Assembly: GCA_038904395.1 (NCBI GenBank)
Contig: JBCKKC010000004.1
Coordinates: 1 to 54,776, forward strand
Length of the DNA stretch: 54,776 bases
Direction: 5' to 3'
Source: Acidimicrobiia bacterium
Lineage (GTDB): Bacteria; Actinomycetota; Acidimicrobiia; UBA2766
The translations under genes were made by a program, and so were the position numbers. Under the pieces are notes generated by a model. It was not told where the DNA came from. It did no database searches and saw only the letters and a list, made by a program, of their open reading frames with translations. Every line of letters begins with the position of its first letter. Position 1 is the first letter of the stretch. Below are positions 53,048-54,776 of the stretch, in pieces.

Positions 53048-53419
53048 ATGCTTGACGGATCCATACCCGAACATGCCGGACACGCAGGATCGCTCATCCT
53101 CAAATTCTGGGGTACGTTCTTTCCGGTCCTTGGCCTCATCCTCCTGGCGGGATCCATCCTGCTCATACTGACTACAAACGTTGGATTTCGCCGCGGCTTC
53201 CAGCTAGTCTTCACGACCTTCTTCGGCTACCTCTTCATGCAAGCGCTCACCTGGATATTGTCCGGAAACGGACCCAAAGTAAGCCTCGAAACAACCAGCT
53301 ACTTCGGCCTGCGCATCTGGGGAGTAGGAATCGCCGTTGCATCGTTGCTGATCGTTACGGTCATGCTGATCTCTATGCACAGAGCCGAGCGCCGTGCGCA
53401 ACGAGTGGACTCGCCCTAG
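53048..53419 (+). CDS. Small three-TM membrane protein (hypothetical)
   Basis: Three clear hydrophobic segments. Same strand as the respiratory cluster. Confidence 0.5.
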   Translation: MLDGSIPEHAGHAGSLILKFWGTFFPVLGLILLAGSILLILTTNVGFRRGFQLVFTTFFGYLFMQALTWILSGNGPKVSLETTSYFGLRIWGVGIAVASLLIVTVMLISMHRAERRAQRVDSP

Positions 53420-53441
53420 TTGAACCTCTTTGCCCTCTTCA

Positions 53442-53626
53442 GGTGGGGTGGAGTCAGTTTTTGTCTGTTTCTTTGGCCTGGCGGGCGGCGGGCAGCTTCC
53501 ATTCGCTCGCAAGCTCGCTCAGGAACCTCCCGCCCCCCTTCGTAACCAGTTTGTCCACCCCACCACGGGCAGCGGGTTCAAACTAGTGCTCGCGGGAGGG
53601 GGGGATATGGATGGCGGCTTCGCCGC
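53442..53626 (+). repeat. Family B structured repeat, copy 4
   Basis: Core identical to the other copies. Terminal hairpin GGCGGCTTCGCCGC. Confidence 0.8.
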
Positions 53627-53635
53627 TTCCTTCTC

Positions 53636-53710
53636 CGTCATCCTGAGCCCTGGCGCCAGCCAGGGCGTGAGGATCCACCTGGGGCGAAGCCGCAGATCCA
53701 TTCGAATGGT
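53636..53710 (+). repeat. A2 hairpin element with a 3' module
   Basis: CGTCATCCTGAGCCCTGGCGCCAGCCAGGGCGTGAGGATCCACCTGGGGCGAAGCCGCAGATCCATTCGAATGG. Confidence 0.85.
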
Positions 53711-53742
53711 TGCGTCTCAGGATCTGGTTATGCGCCGAAGTA

Positions 53743-54531
53743 CTAGCCCCGGCGGCCCCCTATTTGATAGTCGTGTATATCACGGCCTTCAATGTTGCCT
53801 TTGACAGGTTGCGTGCCGGGCTCTCCGAAATGGGTAGCTGTCCCAAGTCCGAATGGAAAAGTGGCTTTCAGATTAAGGAGATCGGAGCATCCGGCGAAGA
53901 TGTTTCGTTTTTCACCAGCGGTGCGCTGCTGCTCAACGAAATACGCGGTAGTAGCTACTCCATGTGCATCGGAGGTGACGTAAGCGAAGCCCCACGGGTA
54001 GTCCTGGTAGTCGTATCTACGGTCACCAGACTGGCCGTATTCTCTGCCATCAGGCTGGAATGGGGTGGGTGACTCCATCTGTTCCTGCGTAATCACTACG
54101 CGTTGGATGTGGGTTCTTGGTGCTGCTGGCTTTGGTTGTTTCCGTCGTGAGCGGAGCGATGGTGAACTGGGCGCCGGGCTTTGTGGCCTTAGCGGTGACC
54201 GCTCGTCCGTTTGAGGATTCAGTGGAGTGTTCACGTCTCGTGATGCGCTGGGATCGACCGCTCGCATGGGGGAGTCTGGGCCGGTGGACAGCGCTCCGCC
54301 CGTCGTTGAGCGACTTTGGGCAGGGGCGAAATTTGGGGAGCTTGTCTCCGAAGCCAGGACTAAATCAGGTGACTCGTCGCCGGCAGACTTCACGGTAGTT
54401 GACCTTACGGGCGTTGACGGTTGATCATTGAACATGGCTTGTGCGGGACCAGCGAAAAGTCCGGTCACGGTAAGCGATGCCAATAGGGCAACTGTGGCCA
54501 AGGGTTTTCGGTGTCTAGTGATCATTTTCAT
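53743..54531 (-). CDS. Secreted protein (hypothetical)
   Basis: GGAGA lies 5 nt upstream of ATG 54531. Signal peptide MKMITRHRKPLATVALLASLTVTGLFAGPAQA. The ORF is open to 54747, but that part is repeat-encoded. Confidence 0.55.
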   Translation of the reverse strand: MKMITRHRKPLATVALLASLTVTGLFAGPAQAMFNDQPSTPVRSTTVKSAGDESPDLVLASETSSPNFAPAQSRSTTGGALSTGPDSPMRAVDPSASRDVNTPLNPQTDERSPLRPQSPAPSSPSLRSRRKQPKPAAPRTHIQRVVITQEQMESPTPFQPDGREYGQSGDRRYDYQDYPWGFAYVTSDAHGVATTAYFVEQQRTAGEKRNIFAGCSDLLNLKATFPFGLGTATHFGEPGTQPVKGNIEGRDIHDYQIGGRRG

Positions 54532-54704
54532 TGTTGTCTCCATAAGTTTCGTTCGATTACGCGGCCGGAATGGATTTGGCCGCTTGAGCTCCAGAGGCGT
54601 AAATGCAATAGTAGAGGCCCTGTATAAGCGCAGGCTGAGAGTTATATGAGTCTTTGCTGAGGAGGTCGAGGGCGCAATTTGCCCGATAACTAGAGCGCGT
54701 CCCC

Positions 54705-54750
54705 CGTCATCCTGAGCCCTGGCGCTAGCCAGGGCGTGAGGATCCATTTC
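54705..54750 (+). repeat. A2 hairpin element near the window end
   Basis: CGTCATCCTGAGCCCTGGCGCTAGCCAGGGCGTGAGGATCCATTTCG. Confidence 0.8.
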
Positions 54751-54776
54751 GTTGGGGGGTTTGGGTTTCGGCGTGT

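Noticed and set aside
1070-54750. Possibility that the recurring short repeats form a CRISPR array
   Set aside because: Copies are tens of kilobases apart, in both orientations and of several different types. There are no regular repeat-spacer units and no cas genes.

Overview
This window looks like an ordinary chromosomal segment of an actinobacterium with moderate GC. I infer the taxon from an MshA-like glycosyltransferase, the tiny basic ribosomal protein bS22, an RsiG-like protein and a ResA/ResB/ResC cytochrome c maturation cluster. No database search was possible, so every call rests on motifs read from the translations.

Gene content, left to right:
- 3' end of a P-type ATPase, a Tap-like peptidase and aroA.
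- A peptide/nickel-type ABC importer with two tandem paralogous binding proteins.
- A tRNA-bounded islet (tRNA-Asp, then tRNA-Glu, tRNA-Lys and a tRNA-Lys remnant) that holds a frameshifted beta-lactamase-family gene.
- sodA and a block of secreted proteins: a propeller protein with a nuclease-toxin-like C-terminus, a lipase-like hydrolase and an M23 peptidase.
- An RsiG-like protein with an XRE regulator, then mshA, an Eis-like GNAT, pckA, proC and bS22.
- A lipid/sugar gene pair and an accessory-looking block of small secreted proteins, a DUF2786 protein and a pentapeptide-repeat protein.
- An ABC-F ATPase.
- A respiratory region: System II cytochrome c maturation genes next to an unusually organised Rieske/cytochrome b operon (ferredoxin, split cytochrome b, Rieske, dihaem c).

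The most striking non-genic signals are three interlinked families of structured intergenic repeats. Family B is about 190 bp in 4 copies. The GTCATTGCGAG palindromic elements (A1) and the GTCATCCTGAG hairpin elements (A2) together contribute about 18 termini. These repeats sit at gene boundaries and in places supply start codons, stop codons or C-terminal residues.

Other points worth follow-up:
- A cluster of four DnaA-box-like sites between convergent genes.
- An N-terminal peptide motif shared by two respiratory proteins.
- An in-frame TGA that splits a secreted toxin-like protein.

I found no CRISPR array, rRNA, integrase or transposase. Repeat coordinates are approximate (about +/-5 nt).
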